Source: Pirellulaceae bacterium
Lineage (GTDB): Bacteria > Planctomycetota > Planctomycetia > Pirellulales > Pirellulaceae
Length of the DNA: 64,000 nucleotides
Assembly: GCA_034408855.1 (NCBI GenBank)
Contig: JAWXCK010000253.1
Location: 12,730 to 76,729 of the forward strand
Reading direction: 5' to 3'
Both the position numbers and the translations under genes were made by a program. Shown here one piece after another: positions 32,722-42,522 of this stretch (the stretch's first letter is position 1; the number at the start of each line of letters is the position of its first letter). A model generated the notes under the pieces. The model made no database searches. It was given only the letters and a program-made list of their open reading frames with translations, and was not told where the DNA came from.

Positions 32722-32806
32722 GATTTCGTTTAACTGTCAGCCGAAGGCGTACGTCAAAGGCCGCGAGTACGCCTTCGGAGGACTGTTAAACGTTTAAATC
32801 AACAAG
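32722..32806. repeat. compound palindromic intergenic element, copy 3 (left outer arm missing)
   Basis: gatttcgtttaactgtcagccgaaggcgtac...gtacgccttcggaggactgttaaacgtttaaatcaacaag is collinear with copy 1. Confidence 0.7.
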
Positions 32807-32944
32807 AAAACGATCAATCAACAAGCCATTGGCAAGTTCCGCTACCCCGAAATCATTGAAAGTTCTGACTCATCTTGCCATCATGCGACGAAAACCGCTA
32901 GAAGGAGGCTGAAAAGGATTTAGATTGCCGCACGGAGCGTAACA

Positions 32945-34021
32945 ATGCAGATTAGTTTGGAAGAATTGGCAAATAAGGTTTCGGGCGAATGCCGTGGCGA
33001 TGGACGCCAAGTCGTCTCGAATGCGCTTCCGCTTCACGATGCGTCGGAAGGGCATTTGACGTTGCTCGAATCGGTCAAGCACATCCCACGTTTCATCGCA
33101 TCGAAAGCCGTCGCGGCAATCGTGCCGCTTCAAGATATCGACACCATTTTCGAACAGACCGGTAAGCCCGTTATCGGCGTTCACGATCTCCACGCTGCAT
33201 TTATCGATGCGATCCGTAGTCTGAGAACCATCTCGACCCCCAAGCAGCAGGGCATTGATCCGCGAGCGATCGTCGATCCTTCGGCTACGATCGGAATGGA
33301 TGTCTACGTCGGACCCAACGCAACGATCGGTCGCGGTTGTGAAATTGCAAGCGGCTGCCGAATCCATGCTGGCGTTCACATCATGGAGCAGTGCCGCATC
33401 GATGAAGACTGCGAAATATTTCCTGGTTCGGTGCTCTACCCCGGTACCATTCTCGGTCAGCGAGTCGTGCTGCACGCCTGTGCGGTCCTAGGTGCGTACG
33501 GTTTTGGATATCGACTTCGCAATGGTCAGCATGAAAGGACCGCTCAACTCGGCTGGGTCGAAATCGAAAACGATGTCGAGATTGGCGCGAACACGACCGT
33601 CGATCGAGGTACCTACGGTCCAACGCGGATCGGCGAGGGAACGAAGCTAGACAATCAAATTCAAATTGGACACAACGCGCACATCGGTCGACACAATTTG
33701 TTGTGCGCTCATGTAGGCATCGCCGGAAGCGCATCGACTGGCGACTATGTGGTGCTAGCTGGTCAAGTCGGTGTGCGCGATCATATTCATGTTGGCGATC
33801 GAGTTTCCGCAGCCGCCCAATCGGGAATCCTGAAGAGTCTCGATGCAGATGCCAAAGTGATGGGTGCCCCTGCGCTCCCCTTCCGCGAGGCGACTCAGAT
33901 TTGGATCGCGACCCAACGTTTGCCCGAAATGATAAAAGAATTTCGAAAATTAGCCGCATCCGTCGCCGCGATTCAAGCCACGATGCCCGAATCGAAGCTT
34001 CCCCATTCAAAAGCCGCATAG
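32945..34021 (+). CDS. lpxD: UDP-3-O-acylglucosamine N-acyltransferase
   Basis: 358 aa. LpxD-type N-terminal domain followed by left-handed beta-helix hexapeptide repeats (IGPNATIGRGCEIASGCRIHAGVHI...). Confidence 0.85.
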   Translation: MQISLEELANKVSGECRGDGRQVVSNALPLHDASEGHLTLLESVKHIPRFIASKAVAAIVPLQDIDTIFEQTGKPVIGVHDLHAAFIDAIRSLRTISTPKQQGIDPRAIVDPSATIGMDVYVGPNATIGRGCEIASGCRIHAGVHIMEQCRIDEDCEIFPGSVLYPGTILGQRVVLHACAVLGAYGFGYRLRNGQHERTAQLGWVEIENDVEIGANTTVDRGTYGPTRIGEGTKLDNQIQIGHNAHIGRHNLLCAHVGIAGSASTGDYVVLAGQVGVRDHIHVGDRVSAAAQSGILKSLDADAKVMGAPALPFREATQIWIATQRLPEMIKEFRKLAASVAAIQATMPESKLPHSKAA

Positions 34022-34026
34022 AAATC

Positions 34027-34908
34027 ATGAACCAAAAAATTATGTCAGAACCGATTGGAATCGTTGCCGGTTGGGGGAACTACCCGCTATCAGTAGCTCG
34101 AGCATTAAAGTCGGCTAACCAATCGGTGGTTGTCGCTGCGCTGGATCGACACGCTGATCCATCGATCACAAAGTGGGCTGATACGATTCGATGGATGGGG
34201 GTCGCAAAGCTCGGGGCTCATCAAAAACTTTTTCGGCAGCATGGTGTCAAGAAAGTTGTGTTGGCCGGAAAGCTCTTCAAAGATAAAATGCTCTTTCACG
34301 GGCGCGGTTGGATCGATCTGATGCCCGACCTTGAATGCTTGCGGGCTTTTTTTCATATCATCATTACGCGACGCGATGATTCTCGCGACGACTCGTTGTT
34401 GATGGCAATTGTCAATTCGTATCAACGTCGAGGAATCGAAATCGTGGCCGGAACCGAATACGCTCCCGAGTTACTGGCTGAACCTGGAATCCTTACTCGA
34501 ACGCGACCGAATCGGTCGACGCAAAAGGATATCGACTTCGGCTGGAAAATCGCCAAACAGATGGGGAGCTTGGATATCGGCCAGAGTATTACCGTACGCG
34601 ATCAAGCGGTTCTGGCGGTCGAAGCTGTCGAGGGCACCGACGCTTGCATTACTCGAACGGCCATGCTCTGTCCTCGCGGCGGATTCACACTGATCAAAGT
34701 TTCAAAGCCTCAGCAAGATCGTCGCTTTGATCAACCGACGGTCGGCACGCAAACTATCGATAGGCTCAAGCGCAGCGGTGGTCGAGCCATCGCTATCGAA
34801 GCGGGCGAAACCATCATCGTCGATCGTGAAGAAGTCATTCGTCGGGCCGACGAAGCAGGGATCGCGATCGTGTCCTTATCGTCGAGCGAAATAGCCAATG
34901 GTCGTTGA
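34027..34908 (+). CDS. lpxI: LpxI-family UDP-2,3-diacylglucosamine diphosphatase (DUF1009)
   Basis: IGIVAGWGNYPLSVARAL N-terminus and DIGQSITVRDQAVLAVEAVEGTDACITR. The upstream part of ORF 33703-34908 overlaps lpxD and is not coding. Confidence 0.7.
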   Translation: MNQKIMSEPIGIVAGWGNYPLSVARALKSANQSVVVAALDRHADPSITKWADTIRWMGVAKLGAHQKLFRQHGVKKVVLAGKLFKDKMLFHGRGWIDLMPDLECLRAFFHIIITRRDDSRDDSLLMAIVNSYQRRGIEIVAGTEYAPELLAEPGILTRTRPNRSTQKDIDFGWKIAKQMGSLDIGQSITVRDQAVLAVEAVEGTDACITRTAMLCPRGGFTLIKVSKPQQDRRFDQPTVGTQTIDRLKRSGGRAIAIEAGETIIVDREEVIRRADEAGIAIVSLSSSEIANGR

Positions 34909-36034
34909 CGGAATTTCAAGCATCGCCAATCGTCGTTTCCATCTCCGCTTCGCTTTCGCAGTTGCGATGGTTGGAGCATTCTCTGTTTGCGGCTGTAGCA
35001 TGACCGCACCGATGACGGTCTGGCAGCCAGCTTTGAATCAACCTCGGGCAGTGAAAACCATTGCCATGACACCGATCTATGGCCCCGAAGAGCTGGCAGC
35101 AAAATTAAATCAAGCCATGATCGAAGCGATGCAGCAATCCGGTAGTCCGATCACTTTGTTGCATCCGCAGTTGCTCGAAGAGATGACCAGTATTCAACTG
35201 GCGTCGTTTGATGGTCAGCCAAGCGATGTCGCAGGCATGAACGCCGCGCGTCGCGCTAAGGCGGACGTACTTCTCCAAGGCCAAATCGTGCAATCGCAAT
35301 TGCAACCACAAGAACCTAAAAATGGACGCTTCGATACGCGCAAACGACCATCTGAACAGATCACCGTGGCCTGGACGGTAACCGATGTAGAATCAGGAGC
35401 TCGATTGAGCAGCAATACCATCACCGTCGATCGCGAGCAAGCTGAACGAAACTATCCGGAGCTTGCGATAAGTGGTGGAGAAAATGTTGATCGCGTCATC
35501 GCAGGCCTCTCGCGCGAGAGCTGGAAAATGTTCAGTCCCATGACGACAAAAGAAGATGCGGTTCTCGCCTTGCCTTGGTTCCTACCTGGAGCGAGCAAAA
35601 TCCGGCAGGGTAACGGTTTTGCTCGACAAGGTCGTTGGGACGCCGCCGAAAAGAGTTGGCAGGATGCCGTTTCAAAGCATCCTTCCAACAACGCCGCTTG
35701 GAATAACTTGGCGTTGGCAGCAGTTGCCCACGAAGACTTTGAGCTTGGCCGAAGTCGCGTTGAACACGCTAAGTCGATGGTGCCCTGGGATCGAGCTCGC
35801 AAAACCGAACGCTGGATCGACGAACACCAGCATAACTATCACCGCGCGCAGAGTTTGCCTGACCGCGAAGGCGGTTGGCTTGTTCCCGACCCGCCGCCGC
35901 CCGTTGCTCTGGAAGACGTACCGCCGGTACGAGCCATCGACATCGATGAACTACCGTGGTGGACTGCCATCCCCGGCACCAAGCCACCCGGCTGGACTTG
36001 GAAACAATGGCTCAGCCAACCGCGGGCTCTCTAA
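34898..36034 (+). CDS. hypothetical lipoprotein
   Basis: 378 aa. Lipobox AFSVCGCS and a TPR-like segment (GRWDAAEKSWQDAVSKHPSNNAAWNNLALAA). Alternative start at ATG 34967. Confidence 0.55.
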   Translation: MVVDGISSIANRRFHLRFAFAVAMVGAFSVCGCSMTAPMTVWQPALNQPRAVKTIAMTPIYGPEELAAKLNQAMIEAMQQSGSPITLLHPQLLEEMTSIQLASFDGQPSDVAGMNAARRAKADVLLQGQIVQSQLQPQEPKNGRFDTRKRPSEQITVAWTVTDVESGARLSSNTITVDREQAERNYPELAISGGENVDRVIAGLSRESWKMFSPMTTKEDAVLALPWFLPGASKIRQGNGFARQGRWDAAEKSWQDAVSKHPSNNAAWNNLALAAVAHEDFELGRSRVEHAKSMVPWDRARKTERWIDEHQHNYHRAQSLPDREGGWLVPDPPPPVALEDVPPVRAIDIDELPWWTAIPGTKPPGWTWKQWLSQPRAL

Positions 36035-36135
36035 GCCATGACCGTAGGCGGCAATACTTGTTACCATTTTATGTCTGCTGCCCGAGTGCCCCGCAACGGC
36101 TGACTTCCAACTCAAGACTCCAGAGGAACCTTCTC

Positions 36136-37155
36136 ATGCTGCAATCCAGACCCTGCATTTTTTCGTTTTCATTCATGCTGCTCATTGCGACTGCGAACCA
36201 TTCCATGCTTGCCCAATCGAATAGTTTAGGACAAATCGATGTCTACGATCCTGCCATGGAACAATTGATCGATCGAGAAGCCAAGATCGAAATCTTAGCA
36301 GACGGATTTACGTGGACAGAAGGACCTGTTTGGATCGGTTCGGCTACCGACGGACACCTGCTCTTTTCCGACATACCACGAAACACTATTTTTCAATGGA
36401 AGCAAGGCGAGGGCGTCTCGCTATTCATGAATCCGTCGGGCTATACCGGTGTTACCTATTACGGACATGAACCAGGGAGCAACGGCTTGCTGCTCGATGC
36501 CGATGGAAATTTGGTAATGTGCGAGCATGGGGATCGACGCGTGAGCGTCTTAACTCCTAAAGGCGGCAAACGGACGCTGGCTGACAACTATCAAGGCAAA
36601 CGACTTAATAGCCCGAACGATGCCGTTTTAAAATCCAATGGCGATCTCTACTTCACCGACCCACCCTACGGATTGCCGATGCGTGAAAACGATCCGCGAC
36701 GTGAACTGGATCACTTTGGCGTCTATCGGATAAGTCGCAAATCGGGTGACGTCACGCTGATCACCAAACAGTTACAGCGACCCAATGGAATTGCCTTTTC
36801 GCCTGACGAGAAGACGTTGTATGTGGCTCAAAGCGATCCCAAGCAAGCGATATGGATGGCCTTCGATATCCAAGCAGACGGATCCGTTGGGGAAGGTCGT
36901 GTTCTTCACGACGTTACCAGTCTTGTCGGTAAAGAACCGGGGCTGCCGGACGGTATGAGTGTCGATCAAAAAGGGAATCTTTGGGCGAGCGGTCCTGGCG
37001 GAATCTTCGTCATTTCTCCGCAAGGAAAACCGCTTGGACGAATTACGACCGGTCAAAGAACAAGCAATTGCTGCTTCGGTGAAGATGGCACGACGCTGTT
37101 TTTAACAGTCGACATGTACTTATGCCGCGTGAAGACCAAATCCAAAGGACTCTGA
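36136..37155 (+). CDS. SMP-30/gluconolactonase/LRE-family protein, secreted
   Basis: Signal peptide MLQSRPCIFSFSFMLLIATA, then TEGPVW, NSPNDAVLKSNGDLYFTDPPYG and PNGIAFSPDEKTLYV. The upstream part of ORF 35956 overlaps the previous gene. Confidence 0.8.
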   Translation: MLQSRPCIFSFSFMLLIATANHSMLAQSNSLGQIDVYDPAMEQLIDREAKIEILADGFTWTEGPVWIGSATDGHLLFSDIPRNTIFQWKQGEGVSLFMNPSGYTGVTYYGHEPGSNGLLLDADGNLVMCEHGDRRVSVLTPKGGKRTLADNYQGKRLNSPNDAVLKSNGDLYFTDPPYGLPMRENDPRRELDHFGVYRISRKSGDVTLITKQLQRPNGIAFSPDEKTLYVAQSDPKQAIWMAFDIQADGSVGEGRVLHDVTSLVGKEPGLPDGMSVDQKGNLWASGPGGIFVISPQGKPLGRITTGQRTSNCCFGEDGTTLFLTVDMYLCRVKTKSKGL

Positions 37156-37160
37156 TAGCT

Positions 37161-38054
37161 TTATTGAGTCGCTTCGAGAATTTCGTTGCGGATCGTCTTG
37201 CAGAGAAACCATGCGTTCTTTGAGTAGCGAGGCAGCAATCGGCGAGGATCGCGTAGAGTTCGATAGAGCCATTCCAGTCCAAATTTTTGCATCCAAACCG
37301 GAGCTCGCTTCGCTTTTCCCGTGATGAAATCGAACGAAGCCCCGAGCTGGATGCTCAACGGAACTCCGAGGTCCTGGTAGTTTTCGTCAATCCAAAACTC
37401 GCCCTTGGGTTGCCCGAAAGCAACCAAGAGAATGTCTGGCTTCGCATCGCGAATTCTTTGGCATAGTCGCTCGTGCTCGGCAACCGTTGTTCGTCGGAAA
37501 GGTGGGCATTCAGCGCCAACAATTTTGACGTTCGGATAAATTTCTTTTAATCGCGAAGCGGCTTCCAACGCGACTCCTTCCGAGCCACCCATGAGGAAAA
37601 TGCGATGTCCGCGAGCAGCACTTCGTTCAGCCAATGAGAAAATGAGATCGGCACCCGCCACGCGTTCGGGCAAGGCTTGTTCATTCAGCCGACTACGCCA
37701 CAGAATCGGCATCCCGTCGCAAAGAACAAGTTTGCTTCGGTGGGTAAAATCGGCTAGTCGAGAACTATCTTCGCAGAGCATGGCATAGTTCGCGTTTGCG
37801 GTAATCGCGTACTGCGGCTCACGACGTTGAATAATCGCGTCGATGTAGTCGAGTGCCTGCGCCATATTTACGATCGAGAAATCGATGCCCCATACTCGAG
37901 ACGATGCGAGTGTCGGCAGCGATGGAAGCTGGCGAACGGTCGGCTTCTGTTTCGGCGCAACGACAACGGGAATCACTTGTGGAACGGCTGAGAAACCGAT
38001 CGGGAAATCGCTCGAATTCGAACTGAATTCCGTTTGAATCGTCGAGAATGTCAT
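37161..38054 (-). CDS. WecG/TagA/CpsF-family glycosyltransferase
   Basis: 297 aa. CDGMPILW, GQPKGEFWI and GLEWLYRTLRDPRRLLPRY are typical of the family. Confidence 0.8.
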   Translation of the reverse strand: MTFSTIQTEFSSNSSDFPIGFSAVPQVIPVVVAPKQKPTVRQLPSLPTLASSRVWGIDFSIVNMAQALDYIDAIIQRREPQYAITANANYAMLCEDSSRLADFTHRSKLVLCDGMPILWRSRLNEQALPERVAGADLIFSLAERSAARGHRIFLMGGSEGVALEAASRLKEIYPNVKIVGAECPPFRRTTVAEHERLCQRIRDAKPDILLVAFGQPKGEFWIDENYQDLGVPLSIQLGASFDFITGKAKRAPVWMQKFGLEWLYRTLRDPRRLLPRYSKNAWFLCKTIRNEILEATQ

Positions 38055-38282
38055 AGCGGTAACGAACGTTGGGGGTATAAAGGGATATTAACAGTAAACC
38101 CTAGCTCACAGTAGCATGTCGTCGATCGAAGTGGACCATTCAACGACCTTCGAAAACTTATGGCAGGGTTGGAATTAACGACTATGACGAATATAGGAGC
38201 TTGATCCGGTCTTCCGAAATGATTAAGCCGCCTGATTCGTTAAAGGTCTTGGTATCAACTTCGATTTTGAAAGTACGACAGT

Positions 38283-39632
38283 TTGCGAATTGCGATATTG
38301 GTAACGATTGACGGATGGGGGACCAATCTGGTCGGAACCTACGGTAACTCGCTATGTGAAACTCCGAACCTTGATCATTTCGCAGCCAAGAGTCTCGTCT
38401 TTGATCGCGCCTTTTCGAGTTCAGTTTCGCTCGTTTCGATTCTTGAATCGATCGCGTCGGGAATGCATCCGTGCGAACGTCCCATCGACGAGCCTCGCAG
38501 TCTTGCGGAATTGCTCCAGACGATCGGCAAGCAAGCGGTATTCATGACCGATGATCCAGAGATCGCCCAGCTTGATTTCATGCAAGGCTTCAACGAAGTC
38601 TTTTGCTTTGATCCGACCGATGAACGCGCGCCATTAGAGATTGAAGACAGCGAGGGGGACAGCGAGGAACTTTCCGCCGCGAAAGAGACCGCAGAATGGA
38701 CTGAAACGAGATTGGCTTCTTTCGTCGAAGCGGCGCTTGGCGAGCTTTCTCGATACGCCGAACATGAGAATGGTTTTCCGGAATTGACGTGGCTTCATTT
38801 ATCCGGACTAGCTCGAACTTGGGATGCACCTTACGAATATCGAACTCAATTGTGCGATGACGAAGACGATCCGGAACCGCCACGAGGCGATAATCCAGCA
38901 AGTTTCGACGTCGATAGTAAAACCGATCCCGACGCAATTTTCGGAGCTGCGTGTGGTGCAGCCGCGCAAGGGATGATCGTAGATCAAATATGGAATTGGA
39001 TCGATACATTTCTCGACGAGTTCGTCAATCGCGAAGATTGCATGGTCGTGCTCGCTGGTTTGCGAGGCTTCCCATTGGGCGAGCATCATTGTGTCGGCTT
39101 GCATCGAGAAGACCTATACTCGGAGCTGGTCCATGTTCCGCTCATGATCCAACCTGGAATCATTGCTATCGGTTCAAGAAGCGATTCCATTGTCCAGTCG
39201 ATGTCGATCTGGACGACGCTATTGCACTGGTTAATTACCGAGTCAAAGTTTCAAGAGTTTGTTAGCCAAGAAGTAGCCGAGCGTCCGCTTGCGGCGAATC
39301 TATTGACGATGGCTCAGAGCGAATTGTTGCTTTCGGATTTACAAACACAAGCCTGTCTCATCGCGACGGACACGTCGGCATATCTTCAAGTGCGTCGATG
39401 GACGGCGCTATGGAATTCGTCGGTTGACTCAAAGACGAACGAGCACGCCTTTGCAACACGGTTGTTTCTCTCGCCAGATGATCGATGGGAGCAGAATGAC
39501 GTGACGTCGCGCGCCAAAGAAATCGCCGAGGCGATGGAGGAGTTGCGTGACGCCTGGCAATCGTGGCTATCGGTCGGCTGCCCAAGCTCATCGCGACCGG
39601 CATTGCCCGATTGTCTCAAACGCCCTGTTTGA
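38283..39632 (+). CDS. hypothetical protein (N-terminus faintly alkaline-phosphatase/sulfatase-superfamily-like)
   Basis: 449 aa ORF with a TTG start. IAILVTIDGWGTNLVG..ETPNLDHFA resembles the metal-binding N-terminus of that superfamily. No sulfatase Cys motif seen. Confidence 0.4.
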   Translation: MRIAILVTIDGWGTNLVGTYGNSLCETPNLDHFAAKSLVFDRAFSSSVSLVSILESIASGMHPCERPIDEPRSLAELLQTIGKQAVFMTDDPEIAQLDFMQGFNEVFCFDPTDERAPLEIEDSEGDSEELSAAKETAEWTETRLASFVEAALGELSRYAEHENGFPELTWLHLSGLARTWDAPYEYRTQLCDDEDDPEPPRGDNPASFDVDSKTDPDAIFGAACGAAAQGMIVDQIWNWIDTFLDEFVNREDCMVVLAGLRGFPLGEHHCVGLHREDLYSELVHVPLMIQPGIIAIGSRSDSIVQSMSIWTTLLHWLITESKFQEFVSQEVAERPLAANLLTMAQSELLLSDLQTQACLIATDTSAYLQVRRWTALWNSSVDSKTNEHAFATRLFLSPDDRWEQNDVTSRAKEIAEAMEELRDAWQSWLSVGCPSSSRPALPDCLKRPV

Positions 39633-39635
39633 TTT

Positions 39636-40271
39636 TCATTCAATGCGAAACGTGAGTCGCGAAAGCTGGCTCTTTGTTCGTGCGATAAAATCGGACTTAT
39701 AATTAGCCACTTTTTGCTCGCTGATTTTTAACAGCGATGCCACTTCTCGATTTGGCTTTCCGGCCACAATAATCAATTCCAAGCAAGCTAACTTCTGCCA
39801 ATCATCCTGCGATTTCCATTTTGCGATCTGCTCATTCAGCACTTCGATAATCGCTTTTTCCTCTAACTCGCGTTGCTCACCCGAACGAGCGATACTGCTT
39901 GCTACTCGCAATTTACCAGCCAAGCGTTCACCCGATGATTCTCGACTATCCGAACCTGAATCTAACGATCGGATTTGTCGACGCCCAGTTCGCCGAAGTT
40001 GATCAGTCAGTTTGTATGCGCAAATCGAGAACAGATAACTTTCCAATGGACGCTGGCCATCAAAATTCGGTAGGCTATTTAGAAAGCCGATGAATGTTTC
40101 CTGGACAATGTCGTCGACGTGGCTCCGATTCGACAATCGATGCTCGACAAAGGCGGTTAACCTTCCCTCGTAACGAGCAATAAATAACTCCCAAGCTCGA
40201 GGATCACCTTTGCGAATCTGCTCGACCAGCAGGCTTTCTGCATCAGGAGTATTGGGAGGTATCGGAGCCAT
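39636..40271 (-). CDS. ECF-type RNA polymerase sigma factor
   Basis: Region 2 DIVQETFIGFLNSL and a region 4 HTH (REVASLLKISEQKVANY). The ATG lies 3 nt after the stop of the upstream gene. Confidence 0.8.
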   Translation of the reverse strand: MAPIPPNTPDAESLLVEQIRKGDPRAWELFIARYEGRLTAFVEHRLSNRSHVDDIVQETFIGFLNSLPNFDGQRPLESYLFSICAYKLTDQLRRTGRRQIRSLDSGSDSRESSGERLAGKLRVASSIARSGEQRELEEKAIIEVLNEQIAKWKSQDDWQKLACLELIIVAGKPNREVASLLKISEQKVANYKSDFIARTKSQLSRLTFRIE

Positions 40272-40274
40272 CAA

Positions 40275-41558
40275 TCAGAGTTTATGGTTTGCTTCTTGAA
40301 TTCTTGAAGTATATCGATCTGGCGCGAGCAAGTCGATCGGCGTTGCGATTTTCTCGTCGGCGATGATCGACGCAACGATCTGTCCGCTGATCGGCCCGAG
40401 ACTCATGCCCATCATCGCGTGTCCCGTCGAGATCACTAGGTTTTTAAACTTAGCGGTTCTTCCAAGGTACGGTAAACCGTCAGGCGAACAGGGGCGTAGA
40501 CCACTCCAAGGTTTAATGTTCTCGAAATCGGTCAATTGAAATTCCGGAAAATATTTCGGCACCGAGCGAATGATCCCTCGCACACGACGTGAATCGATCC
40601 GCGTATCGAGTCCCGCGAACTCCATCGTGCCGCCTAATCGAAGCATGTTTCCCATCGGCGTTACCGCTACGCGAGCTTCAGTAAGGATCGAACAGATGTT
40701 TGGCAATTGTCGAGGAGTTGGTAGCGTTAGACTGTATCCCTTGCCAGCTTGCATCGGTAATTTTATGCCGATTTGTTTGGTCAGATTGGGCGACCACGAG
40801 CCTCCGCAAATTACGAATTCGTCGGCTTCTAATTCACCAGCCGGTATTCGAATCGCTGCAATGCGGTTCCCTTCTCGAATCAATTTTTCGACCTCAGCCT
40901 GCCAATAAAACCGAACGCCTAACCCATAGCATTTCTTTTTAAGCTCGGCCATGAATCGATTCGGCGAGAAATGGCAATCCTTTGGAAAGTAGACCGAACC
41001 CGCGACATCCATTTTAATCGATGGATCGCGAAGCGCGGTTTGAGCAGAGTCCAATACTTCGGCTGGCACTCCCAGTTGAATCACCTTCTGAGCAGCCTTG
41101 GCTTCCTCATCAAAAACATGCGGAGTCTTGCACAGCATGAGCAAACCATGTTGCGTGAAACCAAAGTCATCCTCGAAGCTCTCGCTCAACTCTTCAAAGC
41201 ATGCCCGGCTAGCGAAATGCAAATCGCGAAGCAATGGTGCGGCTTTGGCAACGCGATCATCCGTCGACGCTCGCCAGAACTTCACTCCCCAATCTAAAAG
41301 CCCCCAATCGAGTCGCGGTCGAATATAAAAAGGCGATTCCGGATTCCACGTCCACTTGAGGCCCCGAGCAAGCATGCCTGGAGCCGCCAACGGCACAATA
41401 TGGCTCGGGACAATCATTCCGGCATTTCCGTACGAACACCCGTTGCCATTCTCGACGTCACGATCGACCACCGTCACTCGATTGCCTCGACGAGCACAAT
41501 AATAAGCGGCACAAAGCCCGACAACTCCACCGCCAACAATGAGAACATGTTTGCTCAT
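40275..41558 (-). CDS. FAD-dependent oxidoreductase (D-amino-acid / D-hydroxyproline dehydrogenase-like)
   Basis: 427 aa. Rossmann motif VLIVGGGVVGLCAAYYCARRGNRVTVVDR. Its context next to a proline-racemase-family gene supports the call. Confidence 0.7.
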   Translation of the reverse strand: MSKHVLIVGGGVVGLCAAYYCARRGNRVTVVDRDVENGNGCSYGNAGMIVPSHIVPLAAPGMLARGLKWTWNPESPFYIRPRLDWGLLDWGVKFWRASTDDRVAKAAPLLRDLHFASRACFEELSESFEDDFGFTQHGLLMLCKTPHVFDEEAKAAQKVIQLGVPAEVLDSAQTALRDPSIKMDVAGSVYFPKDCHFSPNRFMAELKKKCYGLGVRFYWQAEVEKLIREGNRIAAIRIPAGELEADEFVICGGSWSPNLTKQIGIKLPMQAGKGYSLTLPTPRQLPNICSILTEARVAVTPMGNMLRLGGTMEFAGLDTRIDSRRVRGIIRSVPKYFPEFQLTDFENIKPWSGLRPCSPDGLPYLGRTAKFKNLVISTGHAMMGMSLGPISGQIVASIIADEKIATPIDLLAPDRYTSRIQEANHKL

Positions 41559-41561
41559 GCC

Positions 41562-42503
41562 TTAGCGAATCCCATAACAGAACGGGTCGCGTTCATCGAG
41601 TATCAAAATTGCATGGCCAGTGACAAACGCTTGGCCGGTGATGGTCGGCAGGATCGTTCCAGCGTTGCGATCCAGCCATCGAAATCGCCCGACGAATTTG
41701 CTACCAACAATACTCTCTTGAATCATCGACTGGTTTTCGGCCAATCGCCCGTCGGCGGCAAGACACGACAATCTCGCACTGGTCCCCGTCCCACAAGGGG
41801 ACCGATCATAGGCTTTCCCCGGGCAGAGCACAAAGTTTTTCGAAAGCGATTTATTCGAGTCAACTTGTTGCAATAGAACAATATGATCGACCTCGGGAAA
41901 CCCTTGCGCGTTGACAGACTGACGGATTTTCCAAGCAAATTGGGTAAGCTCCTCGACGTTCTCCAATAGAAGGTCGTGCGAATGCTGTTCGACTAGAAAA
42001 AACCAATTGCCACCCCATGCGACGTCACCGACGATCATTCCATAGCCAGTGATCTCGATAGCGGCCGCTTTGACTTTTCGATGCGCCGCAACATTGGTTA
42101 CGGATACGGTTCCATCAACATGCAATTCAACCGTGACGACTCCGACCGACGTTTCGATACGATACTCGCCGTAGTCCATTCGACCGAGATATTGGAGCGT
42201 TGCGACCAAGCCGATCGTACCGTGCCCGCACATTCCGATGCACTGGACGTTGTCGAAAAAAATCACTCCAAATGCGCATGAACTGTCGGAGGGCGTCACT
42301 AACAGGGCGCCGACGAGAACGTCCGAGCCTCGCGGTTCGTTGACGACCGCCCGCCGGAAATCATCGTGACATTTGCGAAACACCGACAATTGATCCGCCA
42401 CGCTTCCGGCACCGAGATCGGGACCACCTTCGATCACGACTCGCGTTGGTTCACCTCCAGTATGGGAATCGACGACTTTAATTTGCTTCATAATATCTCC
42501 CAT
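41562..42503 (-). CDS. proline racemase superfamily enzyme, Cys/Cys type (4-hydroxyproline 2-epimerase-like)
   Basis: 313 aa. VVDSHTGGEPTRVV, GMCGHGTIG and DRSPCGTGTSA, so both catalytic positions are Cys. Confidence 0.8.
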   Translation of the reverse strand: MGDIMKQIKVVDSHTGGEPTRVVIEGGPDLGAGSVADQLSVFRKCHDDFRRAVVNEPRGSDVLVGALLVTPSDSSCAFGVIFFDNVQCIGMCGHGTIGLVATLQYLGRMDYGEYRIETSVGVVTVELHVDGTVSVTNVAAHRKVKAAAIEITGYGMIVGDVAWGGNWFFLVEQHSHDLLLENVEELTQFAWKIRQSVNAQGFPEVDHIVLLQQVDSNKSLSKNFVLCPGKAYDRSPCGTGTSARLSCLAADGRLAENQSMIQESIVGSKFVGRFRWLDRNAGTILPTITGQAFVTGHAILILDERDPFCYGIR

Positions 42504-42522
42504 CGCTACGGCTACGGATTTA

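Noticed and set aside
33381-34028. 215-aa antisense ORF across lpxD, and the 5' extension of ORF 33703-34908
   Set aside because: The lpxD hexapeptide-repeat frame is unambiguous. LpxI homology begins only at ATG 34027.
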